A stretch of DNA of 64,000 nt, taken from Bacteroidota bacterium. GTDB taxonomy: Bacteria; Bacteroidota; Ignavibacteria; UBA10030; UBA8401. Under the pieces are notes generated by a model. The model was not told the origin of the DNA, ran no database searches, and saw only the letters and a list, made by a program, of their open reading frames with translations. Below, one piece after another: positions 1-10,732 of the stretch (its first letter is position 1; each line of letters opens with the position of its first letter). The DNA lies in assembly GCA_005792285.1 (NCBI GenBank), contig SXSI01000049.1, forward strand, positions 19,589 through 83,588, given 5' to 3'. The translations under genes and the position numbers were made by a program.

Positions 1-2553
1 GTTGTTAATTCTGCAAGTGCCATTGGATATATAAATTGGGTTGAAATTTTATACAAACAAAAATTACAAGCTATAAATGATAATTTATTTTTTACATCTC
101 CCGATTCAAACTCGATTGTTGAATTTCAAATAGATGGCTTTACTTCAAATCAAATTCAAATTTATGATGTGAGTGATTATTTGAATTTAAAAAAAATTAC
201 AAATATACAGCTTCAACAGTTGCAAGGGACATTTACTTTCAAAGATAATTTAAAGAATGGTGAAGTGAAGACATATTGGGCTGGAACTTCTTCTACTTAC
301 AAAACTCCAAAAGCAGGAATATTAATTCCAAATTCAAATATACTTGGAGAAATAACTGGCGCAGAGTTTGTAATTATTTCACATAGGAATTTTATTTCTG
401 ATGCGAATAGATTGAAAACTCATAAAGAACAATTACCACAACTTAATAAGTTAAAAACTATTGTTGTTGATGTTGATACGATATTAAATGAATTCGGATT
501 TGGAATTTCCGATCCAGTTGCAATTAGAAATTATTTATTATTAGGGAAGCAGCAATGGCAAACAATTCCGAAATATGTTTTGTTTTTTGGTGATGGGAAT
601 TTTGATTTCAGAAATATAATGAAGATCGATAATAATTTACTTCCTACGTTTCAAACTGATAATTCAAATATCCAAATTTCATCTTACAATTACGATGATT
701 TCTTTGTAATGCTCGATTCATTAAATTCAAACACTGTTTCACTTGCACATGGCAGATTGTCAGCTAAAATCCCTTCGGATTCAAAACAATTAGTTGACAA
801 AATAATAAGCTATGAAACCAAACCTCCACTTGATCAATGGAAAAATTTAATAACAATTTCTGCAGACGATAGAAATATAAATAATAATATTGATGGCGCA
901 GATAACGAAGAACAAGCCGAAAGACTTGCGCGTGAATTTATTCCTTCTTTGTATGAAGTAAAAAAAATATTTATCGGTGATTATCCAACTACAATTTCTT
1001 CTGCCGGAAGAAGAAAACCAGAAGCGCGAAGTGAACTTTTAAAACAAGTTAATTCTGGGACATTGTTGTTAAATTATACTGGGCATGGAAATCCAAAAGT
1101 TTGGGCGCATGAAAATATTTTAACTAAAGAAGATGTTAAAGTTGAATTTAAAAATGGAAATCGGTTGCCATTAATTGTTGCTGCAACTTGCGATTGGGCT
1201 CGGTTCGATGAAGTTGGCGAAAATAGTTCTGCAGAAGAAGCAATGTTAAATTCAAAAGGTGGGGCAATTGGTGTAATCAGCGCAACTCGCGCAGTTTTTT
1301 CGGGACCAAATGCTGAATTGAATTATGCTTTTTATAAATTCATGTTTCCATTAAATCCATTCACTCCGGTTTCTAGGATTGGCGATGCTCTTTTGTTGGC
1401 AAAAAATGATCCAGCTTCAGGAAGTTCAGAAAATAATCAGAAATTTCATTTGTTGGGTGATCCAACAATACGACTTGCAGTTCCGCAATATTATATTTCA
1501 ATTGATAGTTTAAACGGGAAAAAGTTTTATCCAAATTCAAAAGATACTTTACGCGCGTTAGAAAAAATTACTTTTGTTGCTTCTGTAAAAGATCAGCAAA
1601 ATAACATTCAAACTGGAATTAATGGGACTGCATTACTTTCTGTTTTTGATTCAGAGCGAAGTAAAACTATAAGTGATCTTGGAATTACATTTTCTTTTGT
1701 TGAACAGGGAGCTGTAATTTTTCGAGGAGAGCATTCGCTTGTAAATGGAAAAATGGAAGCGAAATTTATTGTTCCAAAAGATATTTCATATGAAAATAAA
1801 AGAGGTAGAATATCAATTTATTTTTCATCCACAAATATAGATGGACGAGGAAATTCGAACGATTTAATAATTGGCGGAACTTCAACAACGAGTTATACAG
1901 ATAAAAAAGGTCCGGAGATTTCAATATTTCTTGATAGAGAATCATTTCAAAGTGGAGATTTTATTTCTGAAAGTCCGACATTATTTGTTCATTTAGCAGA
2001 TAGTAGTGGAATTAATGCAACAGGAAGTGGAATCGGACATCGACTTGAAGCTTGGTTGGATGATAATAAACAAAGTATCGATCTAAATAATTATTACAGA
2101 AGTTCGAGAGATAATTATCAAAAAGGAGTTGCAACTTATAAATTTGAAAATCTGGAAACTGGAAAACATAAAATTCTTGTAAAAGGTTGGGATGTTTATA
2201 ATAATTCTTCAGAAAAAATTTCTGAATTTTCTGTATCTTCATCGACAACTTTAAGTTTGTCGCAAGTATATAATATTCCGAATCCGGCAAGATCATCAAC
2301 GAGATTCACTTTTCAGCATAATCAATTACAATCTATTGACGTTGAAATAAATATTTATACAGTTGCTGGAAGGTTGATAAGAAAAATTGAAATTCCATCT
2401 GTAACAGATAGATTTGTTGTTTATGATTATGATTGTCGTGATGAAGATGGAGATGAATTAGCAAATGGTATTTATATTTATAAAATAACTGCAACAACAA
2501 TTGACTCACAATTAACAAACGAAGCTATTAGCAAACTAGTAATAATAGAATAG
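1..2553 (+). CDS. porU: T9SS sortase PorU (gingipain/peptidase C25 family), 5'-partial
   Basis: Frame open from base 1 (VVNSASAIGYINWVEI...). C25 motifs YVLFFGDG, DDFF, NYTGHG (His), AATCDW (Cys), LLGDP; FlgD-like/CTD C-terminus (YNIPNP...NGIYIYKI...KLVIIE); directly upstream of porV. Confidence 0.9.
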   Translation, partial: VVNSASAIGYINWVEILYKQKLQAINDNLFFTSPDSNSIVEFQIDGFTSNQIQIYDVSDYLNLKKITNIQLQQLQGTFTFKDNLKNGEVKTYWAGTSSTYKTPKAGILIPNSNILGEITGAEFVIISHRNFISDANRLKTHKEQLPQLNKLKTIVVDVDTILNEFGFGISDPVAIRNYLLLGKQQWQTIPKYVLFFGDGNFDFRNIMKIDNNLLPTFQTDNSNIQISSYNYDDFFVMLDSLNSNTVSLAHGRLSAKIPSDSKQLVDKIISYETKPPLDQWKNLITISADDRNINNNIDGADNEEQAERLAREFIPSLYEVKKIFIGDYPTTISSAGRRKPEARSELLKQVNSGTLLLNYTGHGNPKVWAHENILTKEDVKVEFKNGNRLPLIVAATCDWARFDEVGENSSAEEAMLNSKGGAIGVISATRAVFSGPNAELNYAFYKFMFPLNPFTPVSRIGDALLLAKNDPASGSSENNQKFHLLGDPTIRLAVPQYYISIDSLNGKKFYPNSKDTLRALEKITFVASVKDQQNNIQTGINGTALLSVFDSERSKTISDLGITFSFVEQGAVIFRGEHSLVNGKMEAKFIVPKDISYENKRGRISIYFSSTNIDGRGNSNDLIIGGTSTTSYTDKKGPEISIFLDRESFQSGDFISESPTLFVHLADSSGINATGSGIGHRLEAWLDDNKQSIDLNNYYRSSRDNYQKGVATYKFENLETGKHKILVKGWDVYNNSSEKISEFSVSSSTTLSLSQVYNIPNPARSSTRFTFQHNQLQSIDVEINIYTVAGRLIRKIEIPSVTDRFVVYDYDCRDEDGDELANGIYIYKITATTIDSQLTNEAISKLVIIE

Positions 2554-2560
2554 GGAAAAT

Positions 2561-3733
2561 ATGATGCTGAAAGATAAAAACATAAAACAAAATAATTATA
2601 CAAAAATAATATTTTTACTATTAATTGTAGTTGGAATAGTTAAAAATGTTCAAGCTCAAGTTTCAACTTCAGCAGTTCCATTTTTATTAATTTCACCAAA
2701 CGCACGCGCAAGTGGAATGGGAGAAGTTGGCACAGGAATCGGAGATGACGTTTCTACAGTTTACTGGAATCCTGCGGGACTCGCATTTTTAAAAGGTAGC
2801 GAAGCCAGCATCACACATTCAAATTGGTTGCCGCAATTTCAACTTTCGGATTTGTATTACGATTATTTTAATTACAGACAATATATTCCCGAGTTAGCAG
2901 GAAATATTGCAGCGAGTATTACATATTTTAATTTAGGAAAGTTTGCAAGAACTTCTGAACAAGGTCCTGAAGTTATCGAAGAATTTACATCATTCGAATA
3001 TGCAATAACTTTAGGATACGGAACTTTTATTTTTGACGATTTTGCTTTTGGATTAAATTTAAGATTTATAAATAGTAGGCTCGCTCCATTTGGAACAGGA
3101 GCTGAAGAGGGAAAGGGAATTGCATACAATGTTAGCGCAGATCTTGCCGGACTTTATAAACCGAAACATCTAATTATTCCATTTGCTGATATTGATATTG
3201 GCGATAATTTTAGTTTTGGATTTAATCTTTCAAATCTCGGTCCAAAAATAACTTATATAGATGAATTACAAGCCGATCCTATTCCAACAAATTTACGTGT
3301 TGGATTTGCATTTTCTCCAATGAAGGATGATTACAATAATATTTTAATTGCTGCCGATTTCAGTAAATTATTAATTCGTCGTGGAAAAGATTTAGATGGC
3401 GATAATGAAATTAAAACTGATGAAGAAAAATCTTATACTGATCCTTTTTATAAAGCGGTTTTTACTTCTTGGACAGATCAACCATTTAATGAGGAATTAA
3501 GATCAATTATTAGTTCAGTTGGAGTTGAATATTGGTACGGAAAACCAAAGTTAATTGCACTTCGTGCCGGTTATTTTTATGAAGATCCAAAATATGGTAA
3601 CCGAAAATTTAAAACTTTCGGTGCTGGTATTCGTTACGATATTTATGGATTTGATTTTAGTTGGATTAAAACAGAAGAAGAATTTCATCCACTTTCAGAA
3701 ACTTTGCGTTTTACTTTATTAATCGGTTGGTAA
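2561..3733 (+). CDS. porV: T9SS outer-membrane shuttle PorV (PorV/PorQ, FadL-like barrel)
   Basis: Signal peptide, then AVPFLLISPNARASGMGE and VYWNPAGL; C-terminal LRAGYFYE..GNRK..TFGAG and PLSETLRFTL; porU-porV synteny. Confidence 0.9.
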   Translation: MMLKDKNIKQNNYTKIIFLLLIVVGIVKNVQAQVSTSAVPFLLISPNARASGMGEVGTGIGDDVSTVYWNPAGLAFLKGSEASITHSNWLPQFQLSDLYYDYFNYRQYIPELAGNIAASITYFNLGKFARTSEQGPEVIEEFTSFEYAITLGYGTFIFDDFAFGLNLRFINSRLAPFGTGAEEGKGIAYNVSADLAGLYKPKHLIIPFADIDIGDNFSFGFNLSNLGPKITYIDELQADPIPTNLRVGFAFSPMKDDYNNILIAADFSKLLIRRGKDLDGDNEIKTDEEKSYTDPFYKAVFTSWTDQPFNEELRSIISSVGVEYWYGKPKLIALRAGYFYEDPKYGNRKFKTFGAGIRYDIYGFDFSWIKTEEEFHPLSETLRFTLLIGW

Positions 3734-3757
3734 GTTTATAAATACAAAATATTTCTG

Positions 3758-6700
3758 ATGAAATTATTACTTCCAATATTTTTATTTATTATCTCTGTAA
3801 GCTCGCAAACTCTTTTACATCCACTTCGTTTAACTTCTGATAATCAAAATCCGAAATCAATTTCTAGAGATAATTTTGATACTTTAAAAATATTAGCAAT
3901 TAGAGTTCAATTCAAAAAAGATTATGATGAACGGACAAGTGGAAATGGGGAATTTGATCTTTCAATTCCAAATACACTTTATGCAGATGCTCCTCCGCGA
4001 GATTCAATTTATTTTTCAGATCACTTAGAGTTTTCAAAAAATTATTTTCAGAAAGCAAGTAATGGAAAACAAATTATAAGTTCAACTTTATTTCCAAAAG
4101 TTATTACAGTTTCAGATTCAATGATTAAATATGCACCGTCAAATAATAATTACACTCCATTAGCAAATCTAATTGTTGAAACTTGGCAAAAAGCAGATTC
4201 GACTAATCCAAACTTTGCGTTTGAAAAATATAATATGTTTATAATATTTCACGCCGGAATTGGAAGAGATGTTGATTTGCGTGATGCTTTAGGTTACGAA
4301 CCAACTCCATTTGATTTACCATCAATTTATTTTAACCTTTCAACTTTCAAAAATATATTTGGTTCAAATTTTTCAGGGATCAAACTTAAAAATAGAAATT
4401 TTACAATCACAAATAGTGCGCTACTTCCCGAAACGGAAAATAGATTTCTTCCATCTGTAAGTGGCTTATTTCATTACAAGTTGGGGATTAATGGATTAAT
4501 CACATCAATGATCGGAAGTCATTTGGGACTTCCAGATTTATTCGATACGAAAACGGGAAGATCGGTAATCGGTAGATTTGGATTAATGGATGGCGAATCG
4601 ATTTTTAGTTTTCACGGATTATTTCCTCCGGAACCTTCAGCGTGGGAAAAAATTTATCTCGGTTGGGTTGAACCAATTACACTTTCAAAAAATATAAATG
4701 GAATTATTTTACCGGCAGTGAGTAAATATTCTTCAGGGAGTGATACGATTTACAAAATTCAAATTAGTGCAAAAGAATATTTTTTAATTGAAAATCGACA
4801 CAGAGATGCAAAAGTAAATGATCAGCAAATAACTTTGAAGTGGCAGGGAAGTGTAATTAAAAAAACAATCAAGTTTGATGATGATTCGGTAAATTATTCA
4901 ACAAACAATTTTTTATTTGGAAATATAATTGATGTTGATGAATTAGATTGGAGTTTACCCGGAGTAAAAGATAATATTTTTTCATATCAAGGTGGAATGT
5001 TAATTTGGCATATAAATGAAAATGTTATTGAAAAAAATTATTCTTCAAATAATATTAATGCCGATGCAAATAATCGTGGAGTTGCTTTAGTGGAAGCAGA
5101 TGGTTCGAATGATATTGGACAACAGTATTCAATATTTCATCCCGGAGGAGGAGCTGAAAGTGGAAGTATTTTTGATTTTTGGTTTAAAGATAATAATGCA
5201 CCTCTTTATAAAAATGAATTCTCTGAAAAATCTACACCAAACTCAAAATCACAAAGTAAAGCTCATACAAATATTACTCTCAAAAATTTCAGTAAAAATT
5301 TTCCAATAGCAACTTTTGATTTTGAAAAAAGCCAATCCAAAATTTCAATTGAGTTAGTTCGTAAAATAAATTCAATAAAGAAAAATTATAATGACTCTCC
5401 TGTAATTGATGATGTAAATAACGATGGAACTCCAGAAATTATTTATACTTCCGGTGATTCAATATTCTGTATTACTTCAGAAGGAAAATCAATTTTCAGA
5501 AATACTTCTAGTATTTTTTCTGATAAAGGTGGAAAGTTTCAACCGATTATTATCAAAAATTTAATTTTACCAAATACCAAATTGGTAGCAGGTGTTAGTG
5601 ACAGCTCGATATATTTATTTCAGCCTTCGGATATGGAAGATAACGGACTTGCCGATAATTATTTAACAATAAATTTATTTGACAATATTTCAACACCATT
5701 ATCGTTTGGAATGCTTGAAAATAATAAATCCTATTTTGTAGTTGGAACAAAAACCGGGAAAGTATTTAAAATAGGAATCGATGGTTTTACAATTTCAAAA
5801 GATAAATTGTTTGAAAGTTCCGGAGAAGTAAAATCTTTAATCCTTTCAAAAGATGAAGTGCTTGCAGTTTATGATTCTAAAATTGTTAATAATAAAGGGA
5901 AGAGTTGGAATTTTACTTCACAAATAATTTCAGCATCGTATATTTCTAATTCGTGGTTTTCATTAATGCCAAGGCTTGTTATTGTAACTTCGGATGGGAG
6001 ATTAACTTTTATCCAAAGAAATTCGGACGACCTTAAAACATATTTGATGAGATCAATTCCAACAGCACCTCATTCAATTGCTGATGTGAATGATGATGGA
6101 ATGGCGGATATTCTCATTCCAACTTCTGAAGGAATTTCTGCATATCAATGGAATGGAGTTCCGGTTGAAAAATTTCCAATTCAAGTTAAAGATGGAGGAA
6201 AAATTTTATCAGCTGCAATTGTTGCAGGTAAAAAAAATTCAAAAGAAAAATTAATATTTTTTGGAACTGATAAAGGGCATTTATATTCCTTTAATAATAA
6301 TGGAGAAATGATTTTAGGATTTCCTGTACAAACTGGTGGAATAACTTCCAATATTTCTGTTTACAACTCTTACATCGCAGTTACATCACTTGATTCATCT
6401 ATTTATTTCTGGAAAACTTCAGATTTAATTGATACAACAAAAACCTATTGGAGTAATTTTTTGGGAGATCCATTGCACACAAATAATTATTCAGTGATAG
6501 AAAATTCTCCGCCAACAGTTTCAGAATTAATGACGAGTAATTCAATTTATAATTGGCCGAATCCTGTTTACGATAATACAACATATATTAGATATCATCT
6601 AAATAATGAAGCTACTGTAACTATAAAAATATTTGCAATTAATGGAGAGAAAATAATTGAGTTAGCTGGAACAAATTATGTGGGAATAGATAATGAAATT

Positions 6701-6808
6701 GCTTGGGATGTGAGTTCAGTTAAAAGTGGAATTTATTTTGCACACGTTGTTGCAGAAAAAAATAATTCAAAATATTCTAAACTTATAAAAATTGCTGTTG
6801 TGAAATGA
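3758..6808 (+). CDS. M6 (immune inhibitor A)-like protein with FG-GAP-like repeats and T9SS CTD; Zn motif degenerate
   Basis: Signal peptide; IFHAG, LGLPDLFD, FGLMDG, SAWEKIYLGW, EYFLIENR, GMLIWHINE, LVEADG match the M6 family; DVNNDGTPEI and DVNDDGMADI Ca-loop repeats; CTD YNWPNP...SGIYF...KIAVVK. Confidence 0.8.
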   Translation: MKLLLPIFLFIISVSSQTLLHPLRLTSDNQNPKSISRDNFDTLKILAIRVQFKKDYDERTSGNGEFDLSIPNTLYADAPPRDSIYFSDHLEFSKNYFQKASNGKQIISSTLFPKVITVSDSMIKYAPSNNNYTPLANLIVETWQKADSTNPNFAFEKYNMFIIFHAGIGRDVDLRDALGYEPTPFDLPSIYFNLSTFKNIFGSNFSGIKLKNRNFTITNSALLPETENRFLPSVSGLFHYKLGINGLITSMIGSHLGLPDLFDTKTGRSVIGRFGLMDGESIFSFHGLFPPEPSAWEKIYLGWVEPITLSKNINGIILPAVSKYSSGSDTIYKIQISAKEYFLIENRHRDAKVNDQQITLKWQGSVIKKTIKFDDDSVNYSTNNFLFGNIIDVDELDWSLPGVKDNIFSYQGGMLIWHINENVIEKNYSSNNINADANNRGVALVEADGSNDIGQQYSIFHPGGGAESGSIFDFWFKDNNAPLYKNEFSEKSTPNSKSQSKAHTNITLKNFSKNFPIATFDFEKSQSKISIELVRKINSIKKNYNDSPVIDDVNNDGTPEIIYTSGDSIFCITSEGKSIFRNTSSIFSDKGGKFQPIIIKNLILPNTKLVAGVSDSSIYLFQPSDMEDNGLADNYLTINLFDNISTPLSFGMLENNKSYFVVGTKTGKVFKIGIDGFTISKDKLFESSGEVKSLILSKDEVLAVYDSKIVNNKGKSWNFTSQIISASYISNSWFSLMPRLVIVTSDGRLTFIQRNSDDLKTYLMRSIPTAPHSIADVNDDGMADILIPTSEGISAYQWNGVPVEKFPIQVKDGGKILSAAIVAGKKNSKEKLIFFGTDKGHLYSFNNNGEMILGFPVQTGGITSNISVYNSYIAVTSLDSSIYFWKTSDLIDTTKTYWSNFLGDPLHTNNYSVIENSPPTVSELMTSNSIYNWPNPVYDNTTYIRYHLNNEATVTIKIFAINGEKIIELAGTNYVGIDNEIAWDVSSVKSGIYFAHVVAEKNNSKYSKLIKIAVVK

Positions 6809-9800
6809 AAAAAGTTTTAATTGTTTTCACAATTTTATTTCAATTTGCATTTGCTCAAGAAAAGCACATCAATAATTCCCACGTGGATTGGGAAACAATC
6901 GAAACAAAACATTTTTATGTTCATTATTATTCTGGAACTGAAAGAAGTGCAAAAGTAATTTCTAAAATTGCTGAAGAAATTTATGAGCCGATAACTTCAC
7001 TTTACAAATATGAACCAGATACAAAAATAAGTTTTGTAATAAAAGATTTTGATGATTACTCAAATGGAGCTGCATATTTTTTTGATAACAAAATAGAAAT
7101 ATTTGCACCTGCTCTCGACTTCGATTTGCGCGGAACTCATAATTGGCTGCGAAATGTTGTAACGCACGAGTTCACACATATTATTCAATTGCAAAGTTCG
7201 ATGAAGTTTAGCCGAAAATTTCCCGCAGTTTATTTACAGTGGTTAAATTATGAAGAAGAACGCCGACAAGATGTTTTGTATGGTTATCCAAATGTAATTG
7301 CATCCTATCCAATTTCGGGAATTAATGTGCCAAGTTGGTTTGCGGAAGGTGTTGCACAAAATAATCGTCCGGAATTTGAATACGATAATTGGGATTCTCA
7401 TCGTGATATGATTTTACGAATTTATGCTTTAAATAATAAATTGCTAACGTGGAATGAAATGAGTGTGTTCGGTAAAAATTCTTTGGGAAATGAATCTTCA
7501 TACAATGCCGGTTTCTCGTTGTCGAGATATATTCATAATAAGTATGGTGAAGAAGCAATTCCTAAAATTGCGAGAGTGTTATCAAATTATTCCAGTTTTA
7601 CAATGAGTGATGCAATTCAAAATGTTTTAGGAAAATCTGGCGAAGAACTTTATAGCGAATGGAAAAAATATATTACAGAAGATTATAAAATAAAAAGTGA
7701 ATTAGTAAAAAATAATTTAAATGAAGGAAAAATTATTTCGAATGAAGGTTTTGGAAATTTTTATCCAACTTATTCTCCGAGTGGAAAAAAATTAGCATTC
7801 TGTTCTACAAAAGAAAGGGATTACTTTAGCCAATCTTCTCTTTATGTGAAAGATTTAAAAGGTATTGAGGATGAAGAAATAATGAAAAATGTGAGTTCTT
7901 CGTTAACGTGGAGTAAAGATGAAAACTTACTTTATTATTCCAAAATTACAAGTGATAATAAATATTTTTCCGAACAATCCGATATATATTTTTGGAATTT
8001 TGCTGATGAAGAAGAAACAAGATTAACTTTTGGATTGCGAGCAATGAATCCAACTTTATCTCCAGATGAAAAATGGATTGCTTTTGTTTTTAGTAGAGAT
8101 GGGACTTCAAATTTAGGAATTGTTTCGATTGATGGTAAAAATTATAAACAAGTTACAAAATTTCAAAATGGTGAATTATGTTCTGTTCCAAAATATTCTC
8201 CAGATGGGAAGAAAATAATATTTGGTTTCTCAGAACGTAATACACAAGATATTGGAGAATATTCATTTTCAGATTCTTCGTTTAAAATTATTTTAATAGG
8301 TAATGAAGATCAACGTCATCCTAATTATTCAATAAGTGGAAATGAAATATATTTCAGTTCAGATAAAACAGGAATTTACAATCTGTATAAATACAACTTA
8401 GAGAGCCAACAACAATCGCAAATTACAAATGTATTGGGAGGTGCATTCTATCCTTCAATAAATACAAATGGTAAAATTGTTTTTTCACTTTACACTCAAA
8501 ATGGATTTATAATTTCTGAAGTCGAAAGCGAAGTTAAATTAGATTATTCTAAATACACATATTTAAAAGAAGAAATTATTGTAAAAAATAATATTTCTAA
8601 TTCAACCGAGTGGAATAATTTGAAAATGTTTAATGACACCAATATTGAAATGCCAGATTCAAAATCATATCAAAATATTTTTACTTCAATGTCGATTATT
8701 CCATTTTTACGATTCGATAATTACAACAAAGGAAACAGCGGAATACAAAATATGAAACCCGGATTTTATTTTACATCGACTGATGTAATTGATAAATATA
8801 GTTTGTTTGGTGGTGTTGCAATGAATTCATTATTTGAACGAGATGTTTTTTTAATATTTGATTACAGAGATGCACTTCCAATTTTTTATCAATTAGGATT
8901 ATCGCCAACATTAACTTTGCAACTATTTAATGTTACAAGAAAAAATAATTCAGAGTTGGAATTAGTAAGAGGGTTTAATAAATATCCCCTGAAAATAACT
9001 TATGGTTTGTCCGAATTTTCTTTTTCATTGAAACATCATATTTATAGTGAAGCCGATTTGTTAACTTTTTCTTACGTGATGAGCAATTACACAGCAGATA
9101 TTGGTTCATTTCAAATTCCTGGCGATGAAACTCATCTTCCAATTTTAATTCAAGGTTCAACGGAAAAATATTATGAAGCCAATTCATTTTCACTTCAGTT
9201 GGATTTATATGGAATAAAAAGATCGACTACAATGGAAATTAATCCAGTTGGAAATAAATTTAAAATTAAATACGAAAAAAGTTTCAGCAAATTTAATTCA
9301 ACCGGTGAATATGAAGATGTTGGAGGTGGGAATTGGTTGCTGAAACTTGAACCATTTAATCTTGAAAAAGCTGAAATCCAATTTCGTGAACATTTAAAAA
9401 TTCCATTTACAAAACATACTTTATCTTTTTATGTTAAAGGAAATTCAATTCTTGGTAAAACAATAACTCAAGATTATTTTTATAATTATGCAGGTGGTTT
9501 AATCGGAATGAAAGGTTATCCATTTTACTCAATTGGTGGAAACGAAATGGCAATTATTAATACAACTTATAGATTTCCAATTATTGAAAAATTGGATTTG
9601 CAATTTGCACAAATTCAATTCAATAAACTTTATGGTTCAGTTTATTATGATTTTGGAAATGCTTGGAATGGTGAAAATAATTTTAAAAATTGGAAAAGAG
9701 ATTACGGAGCAGAATTGAGAATGGAAATGTTTTCTTTTTATTCTTATCCAACAAGTTTATTTATTAATGCTGCTTATGGTTTGGATCGAATTTCATTTAC

Positions 9801-9879
9801 TGAAAATAATCAAAATGTAAATTATGATCCTTCGTGGCGATATTATTTAGGAATATTATTTGGCTTCGAGATTGAATAA
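6805..9879 (+). CDS. Gluzincin-type metallopeptidase + PD40/TolB-like propeller + Omp85-like beta-barrel outer membrane protein
   Basis: Signal peptide; HEFTH (7165-7179) plus WFAEG; repeats PTYSPSGKKL, PTLSPDEKWI, PKYSPDGKKI; C-terminal GGLIGMKGYPF, YRFPI, YDFGNAW, YGAELR, typical of Omp85/BamA barrels. Confidence 0.75.
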   Translation: MKKVLIVFTILFQFAFAQEKHINNSHVDWETIETKHFYVHYYSGTERSAKVISKIAEEIYEPITSLYKYEPDTKISFVIKDFDDYSNGAAYFFDNKIEIFAPALDFDLRGTHNWLRNVVTHEFTHIIQLQSSMKFSRKFPAVYLQWLNYEEERRQDVLYGYPNVIASYPISGINVPSWFAEGVAQNNRPEFEYDNWDSHRDMILRIYALNNKLLTWNEMSVFGKNSLGNESSYNAGFSLSRYIHNKYGEEAIPKIARVLSNYSSFTMSDAIQNVLGKSGEELYSEWKKYITEDYKIKSELVKNNLNEGKIISNEGFGNFYPTYSPSGKKLAFCSTKERDYFSQSSLYVKDLKGIEDEEIMKNVSSSLTWSKDENLLYYSKITSDNKYFSEQSDIYFWNFADEEETRLTFGLRAMNPTLSPDEKWIAFVFSRDGTSNLGIVSIDGKNYKQVTKFQNGELCSVPKYSPDGKKIIFGFSERNTQDIGEYSFSDSSFKIILIGNEDQRHPNYSISGNEIYFSSDKTGIYNLYKYNLESQQQSQITNVLGGAFYPSINTNGKIVFSLYTQNGFIISEVESEVKLDYSKYTYLKEEIIVKNNISNSTEWNNLKMFNDTNIEMPDSKSYQNIFTSMSIIPFLRFDNYNKGNSGIQNMKPGFYFTSTDVIDKYSLFGGVAMNSLFERDVFLIFDYRDALPIFYQLGLSPTLTLQLFNVTRKNNSELELVRGFNKYPLKITYGLSEFSFSLKHHIYSEADLLTFSYVMSNYTADIGSFQIPGDETHLPILIQGSTEKYYEANSFSLQLDLYGIKRSTTMEINPVGNKFKIKYEKSFSKFNSTGEYEDVGGGNWLLKLEPFNLEKAEIQFREHLKIPFTKHTLSFYVKGNSILGKTITQDYFYNYAGGLIGMKGYPFYSIGGNEMAIINTTYRFPIIEKLDLQFAQIQFNKLYGSVYYDFGNAWNGENNFKNWKRDYGAELRMEMFSFYSYPTSLFINAAYGLDRISFTENNQNVNYDPSWRYYLGILFGFEIE

Positions 9880-9883
9880 AAAT

Positions 9884-10732
9884 ATGAAAATTATATTTTT
9901 AACATTAATAACAATTTCACTTTTTGCTGGTGATAATAACCCGAAGAGAAGTTTCTATTATGATATTCAAAATTTTCAAGATACCGTAAAATCAGAAAGT
10001 AAGATTTACGAACAACAAAAAATATCTCCGAAAAAAGCTGGATTTTATTCTGCAATATTACCTGGAAGTGGAGAATTTTTATCTCAAAATTATTATCAAT
10101 CTTTATTTTTCCTTTCGACAGAATTAATTACAATTACTAGTTTTTATATTAATAATACAAAAGGGGATGATCAAACTTCTTTATTTAAAAAATATGCAAA
10201 TGAAAATTGGAGTGTTGTGAAATATGCAGAATGGTTAAATAAAAATGGTGCAAAGTATGGTGACGCTGCGACTATAAATATTAATCCGAACACTTCACTT
10301 TCACCTTGGGAAAGAATTAATTGGGATGAATTGAACGCTTGGGAAGCTAATCCTCACTCAATTGGATTTACGCACGTTCTTCCAGCTTACGGAAGTCAGC
10401 AATATTACGAACTGATTGGAAAATATTTACAATACAAATATGGTTGGAAAACATTTCAATTTAATGGTGATCCTTTGGGTGATGATAATTATTCCACCGA
10501 TGTTTCTCAGGAAATTAAAAATTATATGGCGATGCGAGGTAAAGCAAATGATTTTTATAAAGTTGCAACTTATTTTTCATTTGCAATTTTAGTAAATCAT
10601 ATTGCAAGTGGATTGAATGCAGCGTGGCAAGCAAATAGTTTTAATAATTCTGTTGATGCAAATGTAAGTTATTCATTCGATCGAATTAGTGGGAAACCAA
10701 TTTCGGAAATATCTTTGAAAATAAAACTTTAA
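9884..10732 (+). CDS. Hypothetical exported/membrane protein (DUF5683-like SPKKA..SAILPG motif)
   Basis: ATG at 9884 gives a signal peptide (MKIIFLTLITISLFA); SPKKAGFYSAILPGSGE motif; ends in an amphipathic beta strand (ISLKIKL). Confidence 0.55.
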   Translation: MKIIFLTLITISLFAGDNNPKRSFYYDIQNFQDTVKSESKIYEQQKISPKKAGFYSAILPGSGEFLSQNYYQSLFFLSTELITITSFYINNTKGDDQTSLFKKYANENWSVVKYAEWLNKNGAKYGDAATININPNTSLSPWERINWDELNAWEANPHSIGFTHVLPAYGSQQYYELIGKYLQYKYGWKTFQFNGDPLGDDNYSTDVSQEIKNYMAMRGKANDFYKVATYFSFAILVNHIASGLNAAWQANSFNNSVDANVSYSFDRISGKPISEISLKIKL

